Part shown: piece after piece, positions 1 through 11,643 of the stretch
How positions within the stretch are numbered: the first letter of the stretch is position 1
How the letters are laid out: every line of letters begins with the position of its first letter
Assembly: GCA_951406725.2 (NCBI GenBank)
Contig: OX597814.1
Location: 73,036,001 to 73,100,000 of the forward strand
DNA length: 64,000 bases
Direction: 5' to 3'
DNA from: Octopus vulgaris
Taxonomy: Eukaryota
Position numbers and translations under genes: made by a program
The notes under the pieces: generated by a model
Told to the model about the DNA's origin: nothing
Database searches by the model: none
What the model saw: only the letters and a program-made list of their open reading frames with translations

Positions 1-319
1 AGGGGAAAAATTATATTCAGGTTACACTGCAGCACACCTAGTATCATCATGTGGGACACCAGCGTGCTGTGGCATACCAGTTGCAGAGCACTTCTCTAGA
101 TGGTCTTTCAAGCTGATACACATATCAGCCTAATGTCTTCAAAAGAGAAGGATAAAGTAGAAAACATAATCTGAAATACTCAATGATTGAGTAATGTAAA
201 GTACAGTATGAGTGTGTTTAGGACACCTCTGATAATAGGTCTGCTCAGTCAAAACTGATTGAAAGCTCAACAACAACAACAAATCTATCCAAGTGCTGAG
301 ATAATATGAAACTGCTTAC

Positions 320-351
320 TTTAACTTCAGTCATAATTTCAATACCCAGCT
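320..351 (-). CDS. Candidate small coding exon (KLGIEIMTEVK) of an unidentified minus-strand gene
   Basis: Minus strand: AG acceptor at 353-352, 32-nt exon, GTAAGC donor at 319. Stays in frame with the 432-627 segment across an 80-nt GT-AG intron (352-431). Confidence 0.35.
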
Positions 352-431
352 CTAATTATACCAATTATCATTTACATTTATTTTTCCGTGTTTTCATTGG
401 ATAATTTTCAAGTTTTATATTATTTATATAC

Positions 432-627
432 TTGAAATGTTAGAAATATAATCTTTGTCACATGATGCTCTACTTATAATAAACCTCTGAGATGATGGCG
501 ATGTCTTGCTTTTACTAGACAAGTTGAAATATTTATAATAAAGTACCTTGCATAAAAACAACAAAATAACTACAATAAGAAATGAACTAATGATTTTGTG
601 ATAAGTAAAATATCGGCCTAACCTCAC
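432..627 (-). CDS. Candidate exon encoding a type II membrane-protein-like N-terminus (LGRYFTYHKIISSFLIVVILLFLCKVLYYKYF...); exact 5' boundary uncertain
   Basis: Non-repetitive open frame with a short basic N-terminus and one hydrophobic stretch; GT donor at 431. Possible upstream exons have GTAAG donors near 1758 and 1940. No homolog recognised. Confidence 0.35.
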
Positions 628-740
628 AACTACACACTAATTCAAAAGGTATTTGTATAATAACTCTTGATTACCAACCTGTCCAACACTGCCCCTGATT
701 TTGTGATGCAAACTTCCTGTTTTAAAGCAATCTAAATTAA

Positions 741-978
741 CCCTTTAGCATTTAAACCAGCCACATCCAGCCAAATGATTCCCCATGTTTTGTGTTCAAT
801 CTGGCCAGATCTGGCCTCTCCCATCTACCCTATAATATCATTTTAAACATGAACAATCACATCATCAAAATCTCAAAACAGCAACATAATGCTTAATTCA
901 AAACAAATGCTTGATTAATTCAGAACTATATGAATTAATAAGTATTACATTTGGCAGAATAATCTGAATACTAAAGGG
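741..978. mobile_element. piggyBac-like MITE, copy 1
   Basis: TTAA-CCCTTTAGCATT ... AATACTAAAGGG-TTAA: terminal inverted repeats with a TTAA duplication. Internally similar to 1077-1285. Confidence 0.8.
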
Positions 979-1076
979 TTAAAACTTTCCATTAAAATGA
1001 CATGCTGAGTTCCAAACACTAAATTAATAATGTCAAAGTTATTTTACTAAATTCATTATTTTCAAAATTAATTTAA

Positions 1077-1285
1077 CCCTTTAGCATTCAAACTGGCCAT
1101 ATCTGGCCTATATATTCTACCAGTTTTATACTCAAACCAGCCAGATCTGGTCTCTCACACTTACTCTACAATGTCATTCTAAAAATATCCAATCACATCA
1201 TCAAAATTCTGAAGCTATCAGATAATGTATAATTAAAAGCAATGTGAATAAATACATTTGACAGAGTAATCTGAATGCTAAAGGG
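1077..1285. mobile_element. piggyBac-like MITE, copy 2
   Basis: TTAA-CCCTTTAGCATTCA ... TGAATGCTAAAGGG-TTAA: perfect TIR with TTAA TSD. Confidence 0.85.
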
Positions 1286-3317
1286 TTAAGCATATTTCAA
1301 CAGAAATTAGTAACAAAAGAGTGGACTAACTATTCTTAGCTCCTACCAAAAAGTGACAAAGCTTTGAGTACCGTTCCTTTCATATTAAATTATCCAGAGA
1401 AAAATGTGCTACATGTTTTTATAGAGTATTTAAGGCTTCAAAATCACAAAGATTGAAACATGCCTTATAAGCAGAAATAAGCAAAACTGTGATGTGGTTT
1501 CTGCCTATCAAATCCTTACCAATCATTATAATTACAATGGCAAAATTCTAATTGTTTAACAAAGCTTTACACAGGACTACATTACTTTTTGTAAATATAA
1601 TCTGAAAGCTGCATGGCTTAACTCATCCAATGACTAGAAATTTTAATTCAATTCCCAACTTCACAAGTGTAGAAACAGGATATGAACACAGCTGTAAAAA
1701 TAACCACTTACTAAAATAAATAACAACAATTAAAACAACAATGTCACTCAAAACTTACATTTGCAAGTAGCAAACACTAATTTACAGCTCCATAGATTTA
1801 CAAATATGTGTTCAGAGTTTTAACGTCATCTTTTAAATAACTGATAATGTCACAAACCTACTTTTGTAATTCTGATCATGCATCACACAGGACACCATGA
1901 AATGTATTACAGCATATCAAGTTTGCAACTGTTTGCTTACTTCACTCATCCACTTTGAGGCAAGCAAACTGACAAAATACACACTCATTTTCTTTTAAAA
2001 AACTTTACTTAGTTTTTGTCTAATATGTATGCATCTATACATGTAAAACATGCTTACAAGCAGGTACAGTAAAGCACTGGTAGAAAACTAACTTGTTTTT
2101 ATCTAAGCACAAGTTTAACAAATAGTAGGAGGCAATAGATGTTTTAACACCAAGATCATATATAAAACCCCTGGTCAGTTACAAAGCAATAACATTTTGA
2201 CAAAGCAGTTTTAATAACAACCAGCATTTTGCCAAGAATTATAAATCAGAAAAACTATTTTATAACACTCTGATTTTCAATCAGCAAAATACATTTGAGT
2301 ACATCACACGTGTGCGTGCACACACACACACACATATATTAAATTGAAACTTATTTTCAGGTAAGGGTTGACAACAAGAGCATCTAACTGTAGAAATTCC
2401 ACCTCAGTGCATCCCACCTGAGCCATCCAAGCACAGAAAAGATTATATTAACCCTAACAGTAGAAAACCTACCTAAACAAATTCCATCTGACCCATGCAA
2501 GTATGGAAAAGTAGTTGAAACGATGGTAATGAAATGCGCACAGAATTATATTCACTTATCACATAGAACAGCTCACTTTTTTCTTAGTAGCCCAACATTT
2601 GTTGCAATGGGCCAGAAACTGAACTATCCATAAAAATATCCTTCACTATCAAAGTGATCAACAGTATGCTTTATTCCCTAGTTTCCTATCACAAGTAATT
2701 TTATGTCCACACGCACTATTACTAGATAGTTGTTGACCCTATGCCGAATTCATCCATACTCTGGTTGGGGTTGTTTCAGTTTTGTTTTTTTATTTTTTGG
2801 GGATGGGGCTGTTAAGTTTCTGGCAACCCTCCTCACAAAGCCAATCTATTGAGAGTAGGTGCTAGTTAAGTTACAAGTAACACAACCATGTAACAGGTTA
2901 TACTGGATTGCATGATACTAGTAGCATTCAAAAGTGATCCGACATATCTCTACCCTTCACTCTGTGTACGCACAAATACACACACACACACTTTTTGTTT
3001 CTCTCTCTCTCCACTCACACAAATACACTAGTTACTGTGTATCTTGGAAAACAGCCTACATTTTAAAGGTACATATACTTCAGAATGCTTCAGAAATACT
3101 TATCTTGAAATAAAAATCCAATTACAAATCAATATACTTATTTGTCGTCCAATGCTCGAAATGAGGAGTAGATAGACAGCCGACAACTGATGAAGGGTCG
3201 TTCTTTATGTTCCTTGTCCTGTTTTCCATTTGTTTCTCTTGTTGTTTATGTATTGAACTCATTTGTTTTCGTATTTCATGTTGTTTACTGTTAGTGACAT
3301 CCTGTACCCATATATGC

Positions 3318-3348
<31 letters not shown>

Positions 3349-3354
3349 CATATT

Positions 3355-4180
3355 GGAGACCACAGACTATAAGAGGCGGAGAAGTTTACCTATCTTGGCT
3401 CTACCATTACCTACAACCTATCCCTTGATGCTGAGCTCAATATATGCATTGGCAAGGCAGCTGCTGTGATGGCCCAACTCTCCAAATGGGCATGGGACAA
3501 CAATAAGCTGACCAAGACCACACTCTACTGTATGGAAGTGAAACTTGGACGCCATACACACACCAAGAGCATCGCCTAAACATCTTTCACCTGTGCTGCC
3601 TCCAGAAAATCCTTTGCATCAAATGGCAGAATCATGTCCCCAACAAAGATGTCCTCAAGCAAGCAGGAATACCAAGCATGTTTGCACTCCTCACACAAAG
3701 ACGTATGAGATGGCTTGGACATGTTAGCTGTATGAAAGATGGCAGAATCCCCAAGGACATACTCTATGGAGAACTTGCTAGGGGCATTAGGTCTGTGGGA
3801 AGACCGTTCTTACATTACAAGGATGTTTGCAAAAGGGACATGAAGGCCTGCAACATCAATATTAGCAACAGGAAAGCAGCTGCCAGCAACCGTGGAGATT
3901 GACGGCGTACCATAAAAGAGGGAACACAAAGGAGTGACACAGAGAGAGAGAGGAGAAATGGAAAGACAAAAAAAGACGTCAACAAGAAACTATGACATTA
4001 CAACCAGCCAGGAAAAGTCTTCGCTACGTTTGCGGCACCTGCCTGAGGGAGTGTTTGTCCAGGATAGGACTACACAGCCACAGCAGGAAATGTATTAGGA
4101 CATGAAAGGTAAAAGCCAGACTACACTATTTTATGTGCAACTCCATTGTCTCCCGAGACAAAAAGGATACCAACCAATAT
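3355..4180 (+). mobile_element. 5'-truncated, decayed RTE-clade LINE (RT C-terminus and terminal C2H2-like finger)
   Basis: Peptide RRMRWLGHVSCMKDGRIPKDILYGEL...GRP..YKDVCKRDMK, followed by YVCGTCLRECLSRIGLHSH. Contains frameshifts and stops; flanked by (TA)n. Confidence 0.85.
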
Positions 4181-4193
4181 GTGCATATATATA

Positions 4194-4226
<33 letters not shown>

Positions 4227-4399
4227 CCTGATAGCTACAACACAATCCTTATTTCCTCTCCTTGTTTCTTTCTGTGGCTCGAAACATTAAAGACTTCTTC
4301 ACTTCCTGAGCATTAAACTAATACATGTATTTGTTGTCCACACCACCTGTCTTTCTCTTTTGTTTTTTTGTGAATTCTCCCTATATATATGTGTGTGTG

Positions 4400-4451
<52 letters not shown>

Positions 4452-4452
<1 letters not shown>

Positions 4453-5442
4453 TAGCTTAAGGTGACCCGCTCTACGTGCGGGTAAGAGTGTGGTTGTTAC
4501 TTTCTGTTGCTCCCTTTCTGTTTTTTATCACCACATTCTCCCTCTTAGTTTCTCTCTCCTTTCTCTCTAACTTTCCCACTCTCTTACTCTTTCTTTCTCT
4601 CGGACTCTACCTCACTTTTTCTTACTCTCTATCTTTCTCTCTCCCATTTATAAACAACAAAAGATCTTGAGTGAGTTGTGGAAGAAAATATTTTGAAAGA
4701 TCAATCATAAATATCAGGCTGTGAAAACGGAAAGGTCTGCTTCAAGGCAGACAGCAAAACACTAACATTTAAAAGGGACAGACGGACTTGCGAGCTGAAT
4801 AAAAATTTTTTAAATATTGGAAACCAAAGTTTGAAGGGATAGAATCTGAGGATAGTAGAGTTACCATTGCTGGCATTTCTTAATGACGGACAGCAACGTA
4901 GTGGCAGTTTAACGGCTGGCGTAAAATTTTGAACTTGATGTAAAAGAAAATTCCTGAACACTAAGTTTTGAAATGATTCTTTCTCATGACAGTAGACTCA
5001 CCATGGCAAGCATTCAAAACTTCTTCATGGATGGCAACGCATGAAGATTTAAAGGCTGGCATAAATTTTTTAGCTTGATGTAACAGAGAATTCCTAAACA
5101 CCCGCTCCTGTAAATTTTAATCCCCTTCCAGACCCATTTAGACCCCTTTTCAGATTTTGGTTAATATAACCCGATTTTATTCGGGTCTACTCGGGCCACA
5201 TTTTATAAGATGAGGAATTTTGTCCTAGAGGTCACGCCTTTCATTTGAGGAAAAAAATAGTTGCCATGCAAACTTGCCAGCACTCTTAACATAGGTGTGC
5301 ATATTTTCAGCTCAACTGACCACATAATGCACACATTATATATATATATATATGCATTAAATATATATATGTACATATATACACATTATATATATATGTG
5401 TGTGTTTGTGTGTGTGTACGCATTATATATATAAATGTATAC

Positions 5443-5512
<70 letters not shown>

Positions 5513-6030
5513 CAGATATATACACTTTGTATATATACATTATATATACATATTTATATTTAGAACACACACACACATATATAAATTAACCCAATAAATA
5601 TCTGATTCATAATATTTGTTCTCATGATTGTGTGGTGGTGGTAGTGATGATAATTCTGTCTATGAATGCAGACAGGCATAGAGAGAGAGTGTGAAAGCGC
5701 TGTTGAAGGCAGGGGAGGGGTGAGATATAGGACGCTGTGAAACGACGTTATAGATAGAAAGTGAAAGGAAGGGAGGAAAGAGAGTGAGAGATGGAGGAAG
5801 ACAGACACATAAAAGAATGAGAGTAGACTTGTCAAAGTGTGCGTTTTTGGCCCTAGCAACAACACCTTTTAAGATGGGGATTTCTAACCTAGCCCACTCT
5901 CATCCTCACCTCATTTTACATGTCCCTGTAAATTTTGGAGTCAATCTAACGGGATCTAGTGGCCTTTAACCCGTTCTCAATGCCAAAACCAGACAAACAA
6001 ACTTTTTGCATTTCAGAATTATAATGTCTA
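4452..6030 (-). mobile_element. Non-autonomous Helitron-like element (3' end at 4452; 5' boundary uncertain)
   Basis: Minus strand ends CCCGCACGTAGAGCGGG hairpin + 10 nt + CTAG-T, the canonical Helitron 3' terminus. Internal duplication at about 4905-4960 / 5050-5101. Confidence 0.55.
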
Positions 6031-6185
6031 GTTCTTTTTTTAAGACATCGATTTCCACCTTATGCAAATTTCTTAATTGAAGAGATGTGTCTATAATCAC
6101 TGATACTCAGTATTAACTAACGGAAAATTAATGCTGTAGGACACAAGCTAATTAAGTCAATAAAAAAATTTTAGTTTTAAATACT

Positions 6186-8250
6186 TGAATTATTACATAT
6201 TTTCTATAAATCTTCTCTATTGAAGTTATTAAGTTGTATATATACTTCATCAAGATTTTAGTGATTAAGCTATTTTATATCCTTTTCTATTGTGTTTCTA
6301 CCCTACCTGATCATTTTAATACTTTATGATTGCCTTTAGACAAACCTAAATGTTTGTACTCCTATAAATCCATACTTAGCTTATAAAAAACAATATGGGT
6401 ATCTTCACAACTTAAAATTAAACTGCCTAAATTGTAATTTAACTAATTTATAGTAAATTTGTTCTCTCACCTCAATGATAAATCTATCTGATAACCCTAA
6501 ATTTTAAATTTACACAATAATGACATATTGTTTAAAATAGTTTTAGCAACTAAGTTTTTTATCCCTTTCTTAAAGTGTTCCATCCTCTTAATTTTGGTAT
6601 TTATATTGACTTTATACAAATAGCCCTTCTAATTAAGTACCCCTAAGAAACTGTAATATTTATGGATTAACACAAATAACTTTTAAAATCTATATTATAC
6701 CTCTTAATTTAATATTAGTATATAATTAGCATGTCCTTTTAACTAATACCAGGTTTCAATTAACAATTTTTAGCTCATAATAATTAAATTATTATACATT
6801 TTCTATAAATACTTACTATTGAAGTTAATAAGGTATGGATATTTTATTATGGTTTTTAATGATTAGGCTGTTTTTATTCCTTTTCTATGATGCTCTACCC
6901 TAACTGACCATCATCATCATCATCTTCTTCTTATTATTATTATTATCATTATTATTATTATTTTATAGTAGCCTTAAATAAATCTAATCTTTGTACCCCT
7001 ATTAATTCATACTCAGCTTATATAAGGTAATACCGGTATCTCGACAACTTAAAAATTAGTTCAATTTTAATTAAATCAGTATATAGTTAACATGTTCTTT
7101 AACCTCAGTTGCTTCCTTATTAAATACCAGTTAAATCCAATTGATCAATCTCCATAGAAACCATATAATAGGTTAATATTTAGATAAGTAATAAGTAAAT
7201 AAAAATTTTACTATTTCTTTGCAATTTTCTTTTCCTCTCTCTATTGTGGTAAAAAATTTGGTATATATGCAAAATATTCAAAGAAGTTTTATCCTTTTAT
7301 TAAAATTTCATTCTTAACAATCTTCTTGATTACCCTAAATTTTAACTTTATACAATAAGACAATATTGTTTGAAATGATCTTTAGAAATTACTTGATTTA
7401 TCTCTTTCTTAAATGGCTCTACCCTCCTGATCTTAGTATCTATAAGATCCTTTATATAAGTAGCCCTTCTAATTAAATACCCCTAAGAAACTATAAATAT
7501 CATGTATGGAGTAACAATAATAACTTCTTAAACCTATAATATAACCCTTAGTTTTTCAAAAAAGATTAGTGTAAAATGTGGTTGTTCCATAACTTAAATA
7601 GTCCTTTAGCTGATACCAGACATCAGTCTTTTATTGATATTAGCTAAATAAGTAAATATATAATTTTTAGTCTACTATATTTTGAATTATTATACTTTTT
7701 CTAAAAATCTTCTCTATTTGTGTTAATAAGCTACATATACTTTACCATAGTATTAGTAATTAAGCTATTTTATTTCCTTTTCTATGGTGTTCTGCCCTAC
7801 TTGATTATTTTATTTTATTTCTTTATTGTTTTATAATAAGCCTTTATTTATTTATAAAATCAATCTAATTTTTGTATCGCTATAAATTCATACTTAGCTT
7901 ATATAAAACTATATTGGTATATTCACTACTTATAAAAAAACTGCTTAAATCATAATTTTATTAATATATAATTAGCATGTTCCTTTACCTCAATACTCCT
8001 TTATTAATACCAGTATATACCAATTAATCAATATTCACAGATACCATCTGATGAGTTAGTATTTAAGTGTACAATATGTATAAATATTAAACTATTTCTG
8101 GATAATTTCTTTCCTCCCACTATTGTGGTAAAAGTTTGGTATATACTCAAAAGTGTTCATAAATTTCTATCCTTTTGTTATAATATTCTTCTTAATAATC
8201 CTAAACTTTAACTGTATACAATATAGTAACATTGTTTAAAATATTTAACT
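6186..8250. repeat. Old, diverged tandem array, unit about 880 bp, roughly 2.5-3 copies
   Basis: Recurring motifs: AATTATTAxAxxTTTCTAxAAAT at ~6186/6787/7683; CCTAAAxTTTAA at ~6494/7332/8200; TAGCCCTTCTAATTAAxTACCCCTAAGAAACT at 6621/7461; CTATTGTGGTAAAA at 7241/8120. Confidence 0.75.
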
Positions 8251-8714
8251 ATAGTACTACATGAATGGACTTCCCCTGTTTCATTATCAATGGTCTGCTA
8301 GTGGGTGAATCCCTTAATTGTCAGCTAACATCTTGTTTTAAGTTTTTCTTTACCAAACCTCATGATATTACTTCTAATAAATCTTGATTTTTATGACTAT
8401 ACCAACTATGATGTCTGTCTACTCCCTCGGCCCTACCCCTAACAGATACTGCCCTCTGTTCTCTCAGCCTTAGATATACAAGGGATTTGATAAACTAGTC
8501 TATAAATTAAAACTGACCCCATAAAAATTTTAAAAAATCAGTGACAGGCAGAGTCTGTAACAAAGTATATCTTCTTGAAAACTTAATAACTTCTATGCTG
8601 GGAGTGAGACAGCGTGTTTTTTGTCTATCTCCTTAATTTCTTGGAGATTTTAGGTATAATTATAGCAATATGTCCATCTGTTCTAATTTAATTAAATTCT
8701 ATGTCTTTGCACAG

Positions 8715-8788
8715 CTGAAGATTGCTCTGCATTTTAAATTGATATAATGATTGCATTGTTCAATTAAATGGAGTTGTATGAAACAATC

Positions 8789-8791
<3 letters not shown>
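8715..8791 (+). ncRNA. Hammerhead-like motif with long stem II, truncated at the predicted cleavage site
   Basis: CTGAAGA, long hairpin (TGC/GTA, CATTT/AAATG, AATTGA/TCAATT, ATAATG/CATTGT), GAAA-CAATCG-TT, then (TA)n. The 3' strand of stem I is absent. Confidence 0.6.
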
Positions 8792-8820
<29 letters not shown>

Positions 8821-8824
<4 letters not shown>

Positions 8825-9592
8825 ACAATCAAGGAACGGCCATAATAGGCCATTCACCCACTAGAAATAACAGCCAAAGCTTCAACCGCAAATAAAAGTT
8901 AATTCTGTAAACCAGGAGAAAATTTAAAGTTGAAGCTTTGGCTGTTATTTCTAGTGGGTGAATGGCCTATTATGGCCGTTCCTTGATTGTTGATGTTGAA
9001 CTTAAAAATGGTCTTTGACTATTTAATTTTTTCCTACTAGGCCACTGGTGGCAAAAGAATTCTACAAAATTTCTTTTGCCACCCTATATTGATTAATTAT
9101 GAATTTTCTGGTTAATTCCGTAATGGAATCGACGGCTTATATTTATTTGCTGCCGATAAATTTGGCGCGAGTGCGACGATTTGAAAATTTTAGGTCAGAT
9201 ATAAACTTGGCAAGGTCGGAAATGCCTCGTGAAAATATCTGTTCCGTCTTGGGCTATTTCTTACTGAAGAATCTGAGGGCCTGTGGAAGATTGGCTTGAT
9301 TTAATTTAATCAGGTTAGTTTACCATTAATCAGCAGATGAAACGGTATATCGTATAAGAAATTACAGGGTAAATGTTTTTTAAATTTTCTCCTGGTTTAC
9401 AGAATTAACTTTTATTTGCGGTTGAAGCTTTGGCTGTTATTTCTAGTGGGTGAATGGCCTATTATGGCCGTTCCTTGATTGTTGATGTTGAACTTAAAAA
9501 TGGTCTTTGACTATTTAATTTTTTCCTACTAGGCCGCTGGTGGCAAAAGAATTCTACAAAATTTCTTTTGCCACCCTATATTGATTAATTAT
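8821..9592 (+). mobile_element. Non-coding Penelope-associated / retrozyme-like element: 492-bp unit with 172-bp terminal redundancy and a 5' inverted segment
   Basis: Direct repeats 8929-9100 and 9421-9592 (one mismatch seen). 8821-8928 is the reverse complement of 9379-9486. (TA)n on both sides; contains a hammerhead. Confidence 0.8.
9256..9362 (+). ncRNA. Type I hammerhead ribozyme with extended stem II; predicted cleavage after GUA at 9354
   Basis: Stem I ATTTCTTA/TAAGAAAT (8 bp); core CTGAAGA 9264-9270; stem II ATCTG/CAGAT enclosing a 14-bp G-U-rich hairpin; GAAA 9339-9342; stem III ACGG-TATA-TCGT; NUH = GUA. Confidence 0.85.
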
Positions 9593-9704
9593 ATATATAT
9601 ATATATAAGTTCAGCAAAATTAAGATTCAAATGAATATGGTACTTAAGTCAGATGTACCAGAATTTTGTATGGTATTATCCATATAAATCCATGGGATGA
9701 TTAT

Positions 9705-9764
9705 AATCAAAGTAAGCAACAAGAATATCTTCGGTAACCAAAGATATTCTTGTTGCTTACTTTG

Positions 9765-9767
<3 letters not shown>
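9705..9767. repeat. Near-perfect 63-bp palindrome (fold-back terminus of a TA-flanked element)
   Basis: AATCAAAGTAAGCAACAAGAATATCTTCGGT-A-ACCAAAGATATTCTTGTTGCTTACTTTGATT. One arm recurs at ~26346-26377. Confidence 0.85.
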
Positions 9768-9815
<48 letters not shown>

Positions 9816-9973
9816 GGAGCAGGCATTGCTGTGTGGTAGGTAGCTTGCTTATCAACCACATGGTTCTGGGTTCAGTCCCACTGCATGGCACCTTGGGGCC
9901 AGTGTTTTCTACTATAGCCTTGGGCCAACCAAAGATTTGTGAGTGGATTTGGTAGACAGAAACTGAAAGAAGC

Positions 9974-10038
<65 letters not shown>

Positions 10039-10252
10039 GTGTGTGTATATATTTGTGTGTCTGTCCCCCACCACCACCACCATTGCTTGACAACCAATGT
10101 GGGTGTGTTTACATCCCCATAACTTAGCAGTTCAGGAAAAGAGAGTGATAGGATAAGTACTAGGCTCACAAAGAATAAGTCCTGGGGTTGATTTGTTTGA
10201 CTAAAGGCTGTACTCCAGCATGGCCACAGTTAAATGACTGAAACAAATAAAA

Positions 10253-10255
<3 letters not shown>
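9816..10255 (+). mobile_element. tRNA-derived SINE (family A) with internal (TA)n
   Basis: A-box-like TGCTGTGTGG and B-box-like GGTTCAGTCCC; tail CCAGCATGGCCACAGTTAAATGACTGAAACAAATAAAAGA. Homologous to 12935-13306 and 17252-17900. Confidence 0.85.
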
Positions 10256-10302
<47 letters not shown>

Positions 10303-10313
10303 CCAGGTATATA

Positions 10314-10620
10314 TGTGAGATGATAGTTTCAGTATTAATAATTTCATTATGTATATATTATTGACATAGTGAAAATATTAATGGTGAAACTATTAAAACT
10401 GAAAGTATCATCTCACATTACAGTAGAGATGTTATTGTTTCACTTTTGACACATAATACTGAAATAGTGTAAGAGATAAGAGATTGCACCGGGCTTGCAT
10501 TAGCCAAGAAGTTGAAAATTTTGGGGGCCCATGACATTGCATGGACCCTAAGTAAGGCATGTGTAAAATTTGAACATACAGACACATTCTCAGTGTTATG
10601 TATGTAGATGAGACATGGCC
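10314..10620 (-). mobile_element. Fragment of a Helitron-like repeat family (same as 53532-53820) with a fold-back end at 10314-10417
   Basis: 10420-10475 is the reverse complement of ~53722-53780. Inverted repeat TGTGAGATGATAGTTTCAGT...ACTGAAAGTATCATCTCACA. Confidence 0.55.
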
Positions 10621-10943
10621 CTCTAATTCATGTAGCAGTGAATCTGAATAAGAATTGATTCAGACCTTGGTAACCCAATGAACCCATGCCAGCATCAGAA
10701 GCACATGTGAAAATGATGGTGGTGGGTGTTTTTGCTGTTGTTTTGGAGTCTTGCTGATCCAAGTTTGTAAACAAAATACTGGCAGGAAATTCCAGAGTTG
10801 CATTTCTGGCAAAAAATGGCCAAGAAATTATTTCATTGAATTTTAAAGTGGCCTTGTAACAATATAAATTGCCATTTTACAGCCTTTTTTATGCATCAAC
10901 TTGACTGAGAGAAAAATTGTTGAACAGTAGTTTATTCATCTAG

Positions 10944-11643
10944 GTATCTCTCTCCACTATACATTCAACCATGAAGTAGGAGTTGAACATGTTTTTCAAC
11001 CAGGTAAACACTTTAACTATTGTGCCTCAAATCTGTGTATATTTTTAAAATTCATTCCGTTTAGATTCTTCCATAAATATCAATTGAATTAATATTAATA
11101 GAATTACAGTGAACTAAATTAAATACAGGGCCATATCTTGCTTAATTCCAGATTCACCACAAGTTAATTTTTCAAGAAATACAACCAAATATATTGTACA
11201 AAGTTATTTCAACACTCTTCCATTTTATATCTGTTTCTATCATTGTAGTTTGAATATCAAAATGTTTCAACTGGATTATTTTTATCCTGGCTTTAAGGTC
11301 TCCAATTATCTTGAAATATATTTATAATACACAAGTCAACATCTCTGGTGCTATTTTATAACTTCCATAGAATATGACAAAAACCTTTTATATTATAAAA
11401 GTGAATATACATATGTATATAGTTCCAAGTTGTAAGCAACAGTTTTATACCTCAGTAACTAAAATTTTGCATAAGAGTACATCTTTCCAAAAGTATCTTC
11501 TTCCAGAATTTGAGAAAAATGTAGGAGTAAAATTTTGTTTGGGTTTTATATATTTTTTTGTATTTATATTTTTATTTTTATGTATTTATGTTTTTATTTT
11601 TATGCATTTTTAAGAAGCTCAACTTGAACCATCTTCTGCATAG
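10944..11643 (+). CDS. Two tentative terminal coding exons (10944-11003 and 11615-11643): ...ISLHYTFNHEVGVEHVFQP-EAQLEPSSA*
   Basis: AG...CAG|GTAAAC 60-nt phase-1 exon; T-rich acceptor TTTTTAAG at 11614; the frames join to a stop. No homolog recognised. Confidence 0.25.

Larger units (their letters stand above)
663..1322. mobile_element. Older MITE-like element interrupted by two younger MITEs
   Basis: Degenerate terminal inverted repeats ACTCTTGATTAC... / ...GTAACAAAAGAGT. The internal sequence is split at two TTAA sites. Confidence 0.5.

Noticed and set aside
3187-3240. CTGATGA as a hammerhead core
   Set aside because: No stem II closed by GAAA follows.
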